This document shows positions 11,227-23,828 of a stretch of 64,000 nucleotides of DNA, one piece after another. The notes under the pieces were generated by a model. It was not told the origin of the DNA, made no database searches, and worked only from the letters and a program-made list of their open reading frames with translations. Both the position numbers and the translations under genes were made by a program. This stretch comes from Octopus sinensis (lineage: Eukaryota): positions 30,392,464 through 30,456,463 of the forward strand of contig NC_043011.1 in assembly GCF_006345805.1 (NCBI RefSeq), given 5' to 3'. Numbering within the stretch: position 1 is the first letter of the stretch; each line of letters opens with the position of its first letter.

Positions 11227-11679
11227 TAATTGCTCTATTTTGACTCTTTTCATTTGTCATGCTCGCATATATTCTGACGTTTACTGGAATTTTTGAGAAC
11301 ATATTCTTTGTGGTAAGACGATTTGGCGTCTTCTTCCAGCATATTAAGAATCCACAATGGTAGCTATTCCTCGTACGTTTATGTATGTATGTATGTATGT
11401 ATGTATGTATGTATGTATGTATATCATACATATCAAACCCAAGCGTGTTTATTTATGTATTTGCATCATTATCTCCATATCGGCTCACTTGGATTTCACT
11501 TTTAGTCACTCTTTACTCCGAGGACTTAGTCCTCGATAGAGATTTCGGAGTGTAGGTTCAAATCATTTGAGCACTAATACGTGTTTTCTACGCATATTGA
11601 CCATCTCTGGATCTCACCTGCCGACTCTGTGTATTTATATGTACATAAATACATATGCATACGTACAAGCATATATACA

Positions 11680-11688
11680 TACATACAT

Positions 11689-11778
<90 letters not shown>
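11680..11778. repeat. (TACA)n followed by (CA)n microsatellite
   Basis: Direct reading. Confidence 0.95.
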
Positions 11779-11780
<2 letters not shown>

Positions 11781-13228
11781 GGTTCTGGGAGGGTAGAAAG
11801 ACGGGGTATTTCCAGAGCAGCACCCAACCCTATCTTTAGGCTATCTACACTGTCGGATTCCAGTCTAATGTTGAAATTCTTCAGGCGTAGAAAATCCAAA
11901 TTTCAAAACAGTAAAACCGTTGTGTGGGTTTAGCAAAGTGTAAAATCTAATCCAAATGAGAAGACAAAGAAAGATTTTAACACATCATTCATGACCAGTC
12001 ACAATTGTGTTTCTACCAACTCTGATTCCAACGTCGGTTCAAGCAAAAATTGCAAGTGAAGATTTATGTAATGTTTGCGTTTCTTCGGACTTGGTTTTGT
12101 GATTTTGCTTATATCGGGAGGAAACAGAAAAATGTGAAAAATATAAATATGTAACTAGATTATGATAAGATGGACAGGGTAAATACAGTCTCAATACCAA
12201 GAGCAGATAAAGTACTTTTATCTACTTTGATATTGACACTACCCTGTACATACGTATATACCCATATATACATATATATATATTTCTGTGTGTGTGTGTG
12301 TGTGTGTATGTGTGTGTGTGTGTGTGTGTGTGTCTGTGTGTGTGTGTGTGTGTGTATGTATGTAAGTATGCATATGCATCTATACTCGCAGCATATGTAT
12401 AGTTTTTATGTCATAAGATGCAGAGTCAGTAACCGATAAATCGAAATTATTCTGCCACCCCACCTACCACAAGCCTACCATGTCCATCTCCATTTTTATC
12501 TGCATCTCCAGCATTATTACCACAGATACTAACAACTACAACATCAATATTGAAACTACCTAGCAGGAGAAGCAGCCTGTTGTTAATTTACTGGGAAGAT
12601 CTGAAAATATTAATCTTCTTAGCTTAAGTTGATTAAGATGAGTTGAAGGACAGTTTTGACAAGTGGTCTCCTAGCAATTTACCTGACCATTTTAATGTCT
12701 ACTGTAAAATGACACCTGTTGATTAGCCGACCTTCGAATGTCATATAGTCTGGCTTTGTAGGGAACTTTTGATTTCAGGTTAACGTATACTAGCTAAAGT
12801 AACAATAAAGCATCGGTTGTGAATAAACTTACGTACCGACCTCAGATTAATATTTAATTGGTTTCACTGTGGAAACAGGCTCACACTACTGTCTTGCTAG
12901 ACTGGGTACAATTGGATTGAATAGAAATTACAGGATTGAACCGGCGTAATGCATTGTTATTTAAAAATTCATCAGCAGTGAGTCCTCTATCCCTTCCAAA
13001 TTTCCGATTACAGCAATCGAAAACTATTTAATGCGAACAGCGCTTGGGATTTATACAGCTCATTTATATAATGGCACGAAGTTGACACTCTGACAGTAAT
13101 TGCTGTAGTGATAATACAGCGTAGTTTGTGACAAGTTAAATATGAAAACAGTATATGTATGTAGCGGTTTATATCGTTTATGACTATTTGATTTTTTTTT
13201 TTTTTGTTATTTGGGTTGATTAAGACAA

Positions 13229-13345
13229 GCGAGCTGGCAGAATCGTTAGCGTGTTGAACACAACGTTGCTTCACGGCATTTCGTCCGTCTTTTACGTTCC
13301 GAGTTCAAATTCCGCCAAGGTCGACTTTAGCTTTCATCTTTTGGA
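13229..13345 (+). mobile_element. SINE family C, 5' part
   Basis: GCGAGCTGGCAGAATCGTTAGCGTG...GAGTTCAAATTCCGCCAAGGTCGACTTT. Confidence 0.8.
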
Positions 13346-13627
13346 GGTCGTTGCACCCTGGGGACGATGTATCTGCACGCACCGACGACGAAAAATAGTG
13401 CCTTTTTTGTCAATATGAAGCAGAAGAAAGAAAGGCTGAGAAAGCAACACCTTAGTAAGGACTGAACGACTGCGAAATGCTTGAAAACAGGCACAAGCAC
13501 CGGATCAACGAGGCAATCTAACTGAAATGACTCGCACAGCGACACCGCGTGTTCCCTCAACATGACAGCGCTCTTCCCCACATCGCTAATTTAACCAAAA
13601 ACCCTTATTCAAGAGCTCTCTATATAT

Positions 13628-14012
13628 GTGGAAGCACTCCGTCTGTTACGACGATGAGGGTTCCGGTTGATCCGAATCAACGGAACAGCCTGCTCGTGAA
13701 ATTAACGTGTAAGTGGCTGAGCACTCCACAGACACGTGCACCCTTAACGTAGTTCTTGGGGATATTCAGCGTGACACAGAGAGTGACAAGGCCGGCCCCT
13801 TGAAATACAGGTACAACAGAAACAGGAAGTAAGAGTGAGAGAAAGTTGTGGTGAAAGAGTACAGCAGGGATCACCACCATCCCCTGCCGGAGCCTCGTGG
13901 AGCTTTTAGGTGTTTTCGCTCAATAAACACTCACAACGCCCGGTCTGGGAATCGAAACCGCGATCCTATCACCGCGAGTCCGCTGCCCTAACCACTGGGC
14001 CATTGCGCCTCC
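13628..14012 (-). mobile_element. SINE family A, long copy
   Basis: Head ends at 14012 (CATTGCGCCTCC); body includes GTACCTGTATTTCAAGGGGCCGGCCTTG shared with 2519-2890. Confidence 0.9.
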
Positions 14013-14027
14013 TCTCTCTATATATAT

Positions 14028-14225
14028 GGAGGCGCAAAGGCCCAGGCAGCGGAATCGCAGTTGTAGGATCGCAGTTTCGATTCCCAGACCGGGCGTTGTG
14101 AGTGTTTATTGAGCGAAAACACCTAAAGCTCCACGAGGCTCCGGCAGGGGATGGTGGCGATCCCTGCTGTACTCTTTCGCCACAACTTTCTCTCACTCTT
14201 TCTTCTGTTGGCCTGGTCGGTCACG
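14028..14225 (+). mobile_element. SINE family A, 5' part, head-to-head with the previous copy
   Basis: GGAGGCGCAAAGGCCCAGG..CAGTTTCGATTCCCAGACCGGGCGTTGTGAG. Confidence 0.85.
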
Positions 14226-14264
14226 GTGATCACGGTGATATATATATATATATACATATGTATG

Positions 14265-14309
<45 letters not shown>

Positions 14310-14311
14310 TG

Positions 14312-14515
14312 TTGTGACCCCCTTCGATCATGAATGACCATGGGATTGCACCTAGAAAGTTACCCTCCGAGGTACAAGTTTGGGCAAGGTTGTTTATGGA
14401 AGACCACCAGTCGCCCACGCATACCAGCCTTCCCTCTCCACGCCACCGATGTTATCCAAGGGAAAGGCAAAGGCCGATACAGCTTGGTACCAGTGACGTC
14501 GCAGCTCATTTATTA
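14312..14515 (-). mobile_element. SINE family D, 3' part
   Basis: Minus GCGACGTCACTGGTACCAAGCTGTATCGGCC...CTTTCTAGGTGCAATCCCATGGTCATTCATG; link to the family D heads at 53.8/54.7 kb is from recollection. Confidence 0.55.
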
Positions 14516-14529
14516 ACGTGCAAATGACA

Positions 14530-14804
14530 GAGCACTCCACAGACACGTGTACCCTTAACGTAGTTCTCGGGGAGATTCAGCATGACACAGTGTGATAAAG
14601 CTGGACCTTTGAAATACAGCTACAACAGAAACAGGAAGAAAGAGTGAGTGAAAGTTGTGGTGAAAGAGTACAGCAGGGTTCGCCACCACCACCCTCTGCC
14701 GGAGCCTCGTGGAGCTTTAGGTGTTTTCGCTCAATAGACACTCACAATGCCCGGTCTGGGAATCGAAACTGCGATCCTAAGACCGCGAGTCGGCTGCCCT
14801 AACC
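14530..14804 (-). mobile_element. SINE family A
   Basis: Matches 13720-14000. Confidence 0.85.
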
Positions 14805-14874
14805 CCCACCACACTTATATACACACACACATATACACATATGCCCATACACATACACGCACATATATATATGT

Positions 14875-14955
<81 letters not shown>

Positions 14956-15009
14956 TATATATATATATATGCATATATATATGTATATATATATATATAT
15001 ATGCATATA

Positions 15010-15065
<56 letters not shown>

Positions 15066-15066
<1 letters not shown>

Positions 15067-15650
15067 CTATATATATAAAACTCAACTTGTGTGTCTGTGT
15101 GTGTATCTGTGTGTGTGTTTGTGTGTTTAACTTCCCGGCTCATCTCCTAGCCAACAAGTCGTAGAACCACCAAAAATGGGTCACTTAAAGAATGGAAATT
15201 GAACTGCGCTATTTCTGTTCCGAAATTCATCTCGCAAGTGCAAAAATCAATAATGTGTTTGTTGAGGCCTTATCCCATGCATTGAATAGTGAACTTTATT
15301 CAGTCCGCTGTTTGACGTGAACTGTGTTCACCACGCGTGCAAGCATGCGTAAATTGCATGAAAAATAAAAAAATCAAGATATAAAAACGAATCGCCGTAG
15401 ACATTTTAGAAATTCGGCTAAGAAATGAATTTTCGGGATGTAGCCTGGAGGGTTTTTTCGTACTAATCGTTTGGACTTTGTGAACACATACCAATTGTTT
15501 TCATAACATTTTTAACGCTTTGAATTAAATGCGACCATTTTGCTTTGAGTCTGCAGTTTGAATCACTTTAACCAAATTTTAGCAGGCCGAATTTTTGATC
15601 ATCACGATACATCGCCAGCGACTCCCTGAAACTCTCCCCTGAAATCCTCG
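15066..15650 (+). mobile_element. Non-autonomous Helitron-like element, 5' portion
   Basis: Starts TCTATATATATAAAACTCAACTTGTGTGTCTGTGTGTGTATCTG; a near-identical head recurs at 15659. Confidence 0.5.
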
Positions 15651-15776
15651 TTGAGAAATCTATATATATAAAACTAAGCTTGTGTGTCTGTGTGTGTATC
15701 TGTGTGTGTGTCTGTGTGCTTAGCTTTTGGATCTACCAAGTTTCATTATTAAGGATGGAAAGTAGTGTGTAGCAAA

Positions 15777-16152
15777 TCTATATATATAAAGCTGAAGTTG
15801 TCTGTGTGTGGCAGGTTTGGTAGCCTTCAACTAACACTATCTCCTTCGAGACCCTGCAGCGCAAGTTGACCAAAATAGAAGAAGGTTTGCTCTTAATTCT
15901 GTAGAAGATAAAATTCAAATCGGACCATGTTAACACCAAAAATTATTTACATTAAAAAGGTGCTTTTGTCTATGAAAATCCCTATTTTTTTACGATTTTT
16001 ACTGCTGTGTCACCATTTTTCGGTGTATTTCAACTGGAAAAATGTTCACTTGAAGAGAATAACAAGTTGCATAATACAAAATTTTTACTTTTCAAAAATT
16101 CCAATTCTAAAGGATCGAAACAAACCCAAGCAACACCGGGTGATACTGCTAG
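15777..16152 (+). mobile_element. Non-autonomous Helitron, complete
   Basis: A|TCTATATATATAAAG ... CCCAAGCAACACCGGGTGATACTG-CTAG|T: 5' TC, subterminal hairpin, 3' CTAG, A/T target. Confidence 0.7.
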
Positions 16153-16454
16153 TGTATGTATATATGTAAGTCTATGTGTGTGTCTTTGTGTTTCTCCCTC
16201 ATCACTGCTTCACAACTGGTGTTCGTTTATTTACATCCCCATAACTTACTGGTTTCACAAGAAGAAACTGATAGAATAAGTACCAGGCTTATCAAAAACA
16301 CTATGCAGTGTCTCATATTTTTGTTTGCCCACTCAGTTGTATCTATCAATTTATCTTTGTTTGTGTGTGTGTGTGTGTGTGTGTATACATGCATACATAC
16401 ATACATATATATATTCATACATATATATATACATATATATACATATATATATAT

Positions 16455-16497
<43 letters not shown>

Positions 16498-16579
16498 TAT
16501 ATATATACACATATATACACACATATATACACACATATATACATATATATATAGATATATATATAGGCGCAGGAGTGGC

Positions 16580-16640
<61 letters not shown>

Positions 16641-16715
16641 ATATACATATATATATACACATATATACACACATATATACACACATATATACATATATAT
16701 ATACATATATATATA

Positions 16716-17121
16716 GGCGCAGGAGTGGCTGTGTGGTAAGTAGCTTGTCTACCAACCACATGGTTCCGGGGTTCAGTCCCACTGCGTGGCACCATGGGCA
16801 AGTGTCTTCTACTATAGCCTCGGGCCGACCAAAGCCTTGTGAGTGGATTTGGTAGACGGAAACTGAAAGAAGCCCGTCGTATATATGTATATATATATGC
16901 GTGTGTGTGTTTGTGTGTCTGTATTTGTCCCCCTAGCATTGCTTGACAACCGATGCTGGTGTGTTTATGTCCCCGTTACTTAGCGATTCGGCAAAAGAGA
17001 CCGATAAAATAAGTACTGGGCTTACAAAAGAATAAGTCCCGGGGTCGAGTTGCTCGATTAAAGGCGGTGCTCCAGCATGGCCGCAGTCAAATGACTGAAA
17101 CAAGTAAAAGAGTAAAAGAGT
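16716..17121 (+). mobile_element. SINE family B, full length
   Basis: GGCGCAGGAGTGGCTGTGTGGTAAGTAGC... to (AAAGAGT)n tail; a duplicated head stub lies at 16566. Confidence 0.9.
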
Positions 17122-17202
17122 AAAGAGTATACATATATATATACATACATATATATATACATATATATATACATATATATATACATATATATAAATACAT
17201 AT

Positions 17203-17238
<36 letters not shown>

Positions 17239-17299
17239 GTGGATTTCGTGGACGGGAACTGAAACAAATCAATCGTATGTATGTATATATGTAAGTGTA

Positions 17300-18400
17300 T
17301 GTGTTTTGGTATTGGCAACATGAGTGACAATGGTCAGAGACTACTTGAATTTTGCTCATACCATAACCTGTGCATCACTAACACATTCTTTGCCAACAAG
17401 ACATTCCACAAGGCATCTTGGAGACATCCAAGATCTCACCACTGGCATCAGCTGGATCTCATCATTACACGAAGATCCTTTCTGAATTCTGTTCAACTGA
17501 CCCGTAGTTACCACAGCGTGGATTGTGACACAGATAAGAAGCAGGCTGAGGATTCTGCCTAAAAAAGTCCATCACTCCAAGAAAATGGGCCGACCACGCA
17601 TTAACACTGCCAGAACCTCGGACCCTACACTGCGACAATGTTTTGCTGTTTCTATCAAGGTTGCCCTCAGTAGCTGCCCAACCTCCTCTACTGAAAGTAG
17701 GTGGAATTATATCAGGGAAGCTTTGTATACCACATCAATAGATACTTTCGGCATGAGAGAAAGGCAAAACCCAGATTGGTTCAATGATGGGCTCTCAGAG
17801 CTGGAAACAGTTATCGAAACAAAGCGTGCAGCTCTGATGCAATACAAGAGTGATTCTTCTACAAAGTCACTCGAAGAACTCAGAAAGGCAAGAAATAAAA
17901 CCCAACTGACTGCCAGGCGCTGTGCAAATAGGTATTGGCAGGAAATCTGTCAGAGTATCCAGTCAGCTGCTGACAGTGGCGACACCCGTGGGATGTATGC
18001 CGGTTTGAAGAAGGCCCTCGATCCATCCGCAACCAAGTCGGGCCCTCTGAATTCAACTACTGGAGAATTCATCAAGGACCAAAGCAACCAAATGGATAGA
18101 TGGGTGGAGTACTACCAGGATCTGTACTCACGGGGGACCATGGTATCTGAGGCTGCAATCGAGGGTATCAAGATCTTGCCAGTCATGTGTGAACTTGACA
18201 GTCTGCCATCTATAGCAGAGCTCACCAAGGCTATTGACTCCCTAGCAAGTAACAAGGCTCCGGGAAAAGACGACATCCCCTTAGAGATCATCAAAACCGG
18301 CAAAAACACCATCCTGCTTCGGCACCTTCATGAGCTTCTGTGTCAGTGCTGGGAAGAGGGTACAGTCCCTCAGGGTATGCAGGATGCTAACATCATTACA
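17300..18400 (+). mobile_element. RTE (BovB-like) LINE fragment: APE C-terminus, linker and start of RT, one frameshift
   Basis: FGIGNMSDNGQRLLEFCSYHNLCITNTFF..HKASWRHPRSHHWHQLDLII; RWVEYYQDLY; ELTKAIDSLASNKAPGKDDIPLE; LLCQCWEEGTVPQ..DANIIT. Confidence 0.9.
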
Positions 18401-18439
18401 GGGGCCTTAACTCTCACATTTTAGAGCCCTATGACCTTC

Positions 18440-18693
18440 ATTTTTCAGGATCAAAATCTTTTTAACTGGTTCAATAAGACTGGAATTTTGGAATATGCGC
18501 ATAAAAATCAGTAGTATGGGATACATGTGGCACGGTTACAATTTTTTTAGGGTGTGTAAAGAGGGAAATAACCCTCATGTACAATTTTGATGAAATTCGA
18601 AACATAGATATTCCAGTTCATTACAGAAAATATAACAGAAAAGTCTAATTCTTCAATTGAATGTAACCGGGCAACGCCGGGTATCTCTGCTAG
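18440..18693 (+). mobile_element. Helitron 3' end
   Basis: ACCGGGCAACGCCGGGTATCTCTG-CTAG|T hairpin plus CTAG terminus. Confidence 0.65.
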
Positions 18694-19799
18694 TATATAT
18701 ATATATATATATATGTTGTTGTTATATGAAACAGAATCGATACGAATTATAGTGGGGGAAAAACGCCAAAGGGAGTATTAGTTTTACTATGAGATTGAGG
18801 CAGAAGCTGTTTTAAACATTACTGAAGGGAAAAATAACGGAATAATTTAAAATGGTAGTTATTTGAAAAGTGATTGACATTTAAATAAGCTGTTGTGTAA
18901 AAGAAGAAACTGGTATGTATTCAGACAGTTAAGAATAGGATTGTTTTGATTTAAAATGAACAAAAATAGCCAGGAAACGAAAAATAAAAATAAAAGCTTT
19001 ATGTTTTATACTCAGTCGTGTTTATATATTTGAAATGCAATATGTCTGAGCCATAATACTTTAATGGGAGGAAGTAAAGGAAATTAAAGACGTAATTATT
19101 GTTGCTGTTGTTTATGGATTTGATGTTTTGAAAAGATTTTAGCGGTTCATTGAACGAAATATTAGGATGAAAAACTAACAAAATATCAAGTTTTTGACTA
19201 ATATAGAAAAATATACGTTCATAAAACAAAACGAATATATCGAAAACCGTTGAAGGAAGGAACATTAACAATAGAAATTAAAATAAAAGAGCAAGCATTA
19301 AATTGAAATACACGCAAAAGAAAAAGGGAAAATGAATCATTGATTAGGACTTGAAAGAGCTATATGGTTTTATGGGTGGAGTTAGTTTACTTGCTGCAAG
19401 AAAATATAAGAATTTGTATTTGGTAATCAATTATGTGTTAAGTTTATATCAACTACAATTGCTACAGCAACTACGGTTGTTTAGTTATATATTTTTTTAA
19501 ACGGAAAGTTAAATGTTCCATAACTTTAACGATGAGTGTGAGTAATAAATGTAAAAGAATATATGTAAACAATAGGTGAAGTTTTCTAAATGATGATGTT
19601 ATGGCGAGAAAAGGAGGTGTTTTACTACAAATCAAATAAGACAATAAAAAATGGAAAGAGAATAGACGAAATTATAAAGAGCGGTGATAAAAATGTAGAA
19701 GTAATAGATAATAGATAATTAGTCCATAGGATAGCTTTTATCCTGTCATACATCAGTGCGCTCTTGCCCTGGAGAAATTTTAGTGATTGTTATACTGTT

Positions 19800-19907
19800 G
19801 CCCTGGATAGTAATATTGCTGCCTTGGATAGTAATACGGTTTCCCTGGGTAGTAATACCGCTGTCCTGTATAGTAATACTGCTACCCTGGATAGTAATAC
19901 AGCTGCC
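19800..19907 (+). repeat. 21-bp minisatellite, about 5 units
   Basis: Consensus GCCCTGGATAGTAATACTGCT. Confidence 0.9.
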
Positions 19908-20899
19908 TTCGATTACGTCAAACTTGTTCGTCTACAGTACTTGTAATTGCGGCGGCATCCAGTCAGGGTGGGTTGAGCCGACTTCGACCAACTTGTTCAC
20001 CACATGCGACGATCGGCTGTAGTCGTGGCCACTGGGTGAGCGTGTGCGTGTAGCCGCAGTCGTCATTGGCTATTGAGGCGTAGAGTAAATGTTCGGAGTT
20101 TCAGTGGAAATACAAGTTCACATGGGGTTCCCGGTCACATGCTTACACACTTAGGGATAGGGTGATCCGCAGTAGCCCATCTCGCAGTCAATTGTCGGCA
20201 TTCGGAGAGGATTCGCTGACCAAGTTACCGCCCATCATCGGAGTAGACGCTGTCTGGGTTTGAAGCGTTTTCTAGAGGTATGCTTTAACAAAAGCTAACT
20301 TGTTTTCCTGCACGCCAGACACCAACCTGGAGTTTCTGAGAGCCAATGATGTTACTAGATAGTCGTTGAACTCGCGCTAGGTTCCTCTGCCCTTTAACAG
20401 GTCTTGTTTTTTTGCCCTGCTGGGTTTCTAGCAACCCTCCTTACCAAGCAAGCCTTGTGGGGATGTCGGTTTAGGCATCGACGACTCGACCATGCAACAG
20501 GCTGTACCAGATTCCATATCACCAATAGCACTTACGAGAAACCGCACAAGTAACCTGACAACTTCGTCTATAGGCTCTACCTATGTTTCGTTTATTGAAT
20601 CGACTGGTTCCTGTTAGACCGCACTATCGAGGCCTGTGATGGGGAAGCTTTCACAGGCTCTCAACACCCTCTCAACTCGGCTGTATTCACGTATTCTTAC
20701 CCTATAACCCAGCGATCCCCTAGCCACTTTTTTCAACCAGGCTTGGGACCGGTTGGAGCGGAGTTACATTCCGGAACGACATGACATGATAGCGATGGGA
20801 GTCAGTAGGAATATATATATATATATATAACTCAAAGAATATATATATGGGATCAAGAGAATATTAATGTTACGGGCTAGGTTTGTACTATGGAAAATA

Positions 20900-21400
20900 A
20901 TTTACTTAAGTGCTATACTCATCAGTGAGTTGGTCGGATTGTATCATCAATGTATGTGATCCAAAGATTGATTTGCTGTTGAAAGAATATATGCTGACAG
21001 TAAAGTTGTTTTAACCGATAGATGTGTGTCTGTCAAATTTGTGCCAAAACTGCTTTCAGCTGACCAAGAAGACTCGGGTTTCAGTTGTACAAGATCTCCT
21101 TGATTGTGTCGAGAACGATGAAAACTTTTTCAAAACTTTGCGCAGGCCTCTGAGCAGGTACCCCCAAGCTTTTGGCAAAATTTGATGCAGATTCTCTGGA
21201 CAACTATCTTTGTGATAGTCAATGCGACGATCATATGCTACACACATTCCTGTAAACAGCAGAAGTAAGCTAGAACGTTAAAACTTAGTGCGCATGCACA
21301 GCAGCGTTCAAGGTCGATCTGTGCCAAGTGGCTTCATTCTTTGTGCTTCTGCCTCGTTACTATGGCAACAGTAGGATACTAATTTATCAGACCACTTATA
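20900..21400. mobile_element. mariner remnant: internal transposase piece (+) joined to the element 5' end (-)
   Basis: Plus strand VSVKFVPKLLSADQ..RVSVVQDLLDCVENDENFFKTL; minus strand VVQRICIKFCQKLGGTCSEA (mariner N-terminal HTH). Confidence 0.7.
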
Positions 21401-21560
21401 CATACATACATACGTACATACATACATACATACATACATGCATACATACATGTATATTAAAATGAGCACATATGCTTATTAAATATAATGCAAATATACG
21501 AGTGTATAGGGATATGAAAATATGTGTCAAAATATGCATGCACTTATATATATATATATG

Positions 21561-21604
<44 letters not shown>

Positions 21605-21659
21605 ATATGTAATATATATATATATGTATATATATATGTATATATATATATAATATATA

Positions 21660-21698
<39 letters not shown>

Positions 21699-22323
21699 TA
21701 TATATAAACACATATACATATGAGTGTGTGTATTTATGGAAATATGTATTTATAGAAACACATATTCATAGACACACCCAAATATGGAAGCATATACATA
21801 CATATATACACACAGACACACATACATACAAAGGCGCGCAGACAGACAGACAGACACACACACACACAAGATACACGCGCACATTATAAACTCAAAGATA
21901 CGTGTTAAACTTTCGTAGTATTTGATTCTGTGACGGTAGTGATGCACAGCTATTGCACATAAGCAAAACCAGCTAAAGGCAAAGCAGTATAACTTCCCGA
22001 ACTACACCAACTTCGACGTGCACACGTACTATTCAAACCTTACCTATAGACAGAACCTATTCTCTGTTAATGCAATGTCTGTAAATAAATCGCCAGATAA
22101 AGCTTATCACAAAGTTATAAGATTGCTTTGCATTACTAAGTTTGTAAGTTATTTGTCAATAAATTCATAATCAAGTTTCTTATCAGCGGTATAAATATAT
22201 CGCTAAACATTATTTATAGCGTCTATTTTTAAAATAAATATGTCATAATTAGGAAGCTAATGTCCGTTAAGTTCAAATGTGTTCTTGATATAGTTTACAA
22301 ATATGACTTTTCTGTGTGAGTGT

Positions 22324-22355
<32 letters not shown>

Positions 22356-22389
22356 TGTGTATGTGTGTGTGTGTGTGTGTGTAGTGTAC

Positions 22390-23430
22390 CAGTAATTACA
22401 TCGATGTATTGTGAAGAACTTGAACTATGGAAGGGCATGAAACCAAAGACAGAACTGGTCACGACATTCTCAAGGGACACAGGAATAGAATTTGGTCAAC
22501 ATTTTTATATTTGATAATCATACGAAGAACGATAATGGACCAGGCAAAGAATATATATAACAACAGCCTGACTAATTCCCCTGCTGAATGTTACAAATAC
22601 CTTTGAATAAAGTTGTAGTGACAAAAGAATATTTCATTAGCCTTCGGAAGCTATGGAAGTTGGAGTTGTTTGCATTCAATAAAACCATAAACACAGAATG
22701 CTTTCGCATACTCATCATCCCAACATTTGGGATTCTAGACTGGGCACTCGAAGAAATCTGCAATCTGGACATCAGGATTAGGAAGATATTAACAATGACT
22801 GTGAACTTCCATATCAACTTCCACATCTACAGAAACTATATTAAATGGAAGGGATAGAGGTTGAGACATAAGATCAGTTCAGAAAGTAATTGAGTGCCGC
22901 ATCGTCTTACTAAGACAACACTCAATGAACATTAAAGAGAGAAACTATTCCGTCATCCAATAGCGAATAAAACTCAATAGCGAATAAAACTCAATAGCGA
23001 ATAAAACAGCATTATGAGATTTGGCGAAAAGGCCTGGCAGGTTCTCTGTGCACATGGTGAAATACTCATCATCCCAACAGAAAGCTATGCATGGTTACTT
23101 TATGTCGCACGCTAGAGAGTACCAACAATGTAGGTTGGAATATTTATTATACATAGATACCAATAGCCTGACTATTTCCTCTGACGAAATGTTACAAATA
23201 CCTTAGAGTAAAGCTAGAGCGACAAAGGCATATTCCGTCAGCCTTCGGAACCTATGGAAGTTATAGTTGTGTGCATTCAGTAAAAACCATAACCCAGGAG
23301 TAATAGCCTCTCCTGGATCTGCGACATGTCACCTTGAAGGCTATAGCTTAGCTATCCAAGAACAGGAGAAAGCAACTAAACACTTGATCAACAACAAAAA
23401 TAAGGATGCCTGTAGATTTTCACGTTGTGG
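22390..23430 (+). mobile_element. R4/Dong-like (RLE) LINE, degraded RT/C-terminal pieces with internal partial duplication
   Basis: ELVTTFSRDTGIEFG; KEYFISLRKLWKLELFAFNK..IPTFGILDW..EICNLDIRIRKILTM..NFH; KAMHGYF; HLEGYSLAIQEQE.ATKHLIN..CRF; 17-bp x3 repeat at 22958-23007. Confidence 0.7.
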
Positions 23431-23445
23431 TAGAAAAATGATGAT

Positions 23446-23498
<53 letters not shown>

Positions 23499-23499
23499 A

Positions 23500-23720
23500 T
23501 TGGTGGCAGTGTACTCCAACCGTTGAATCAACGATCTGCAGTCGTTGACTCACAGTTACGCTGAAATTTGGGAGCTTATTGCACAATGCTAGACTAGTGT
23601 GTATTCGAACAGTTTGGAAATCGATTGAATCGACGCCTAGCATTTGATTAGAAGAATGAAAAGTAAAGTTGAGCTCGATTGTAGACTCAGAATGTAAAGA
23701 AGAAAACAACGGAACAAATA
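23500..23720 (-). mobile_element. SINE family F (family C-like core, different tail)
   Basis: Reverse complement of 27381-27610. Confidence 0.7.
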
Positions 23721-23756
23721 TCGCTTTTGTACGCAACTTTTCAAGTGCCTACATCC

Positions 23757-23828
<72 letters not shown>

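Noticed and set aside
11833-12060. Frame LSTLSDSSLMLKFFRRRKSK...WV*QSVKSNPN... with TAG-CAA, a possible readthrough or terminal exon
   Set aside because: No recognisable homology, and the context is not the CARYYA readthrough consensus
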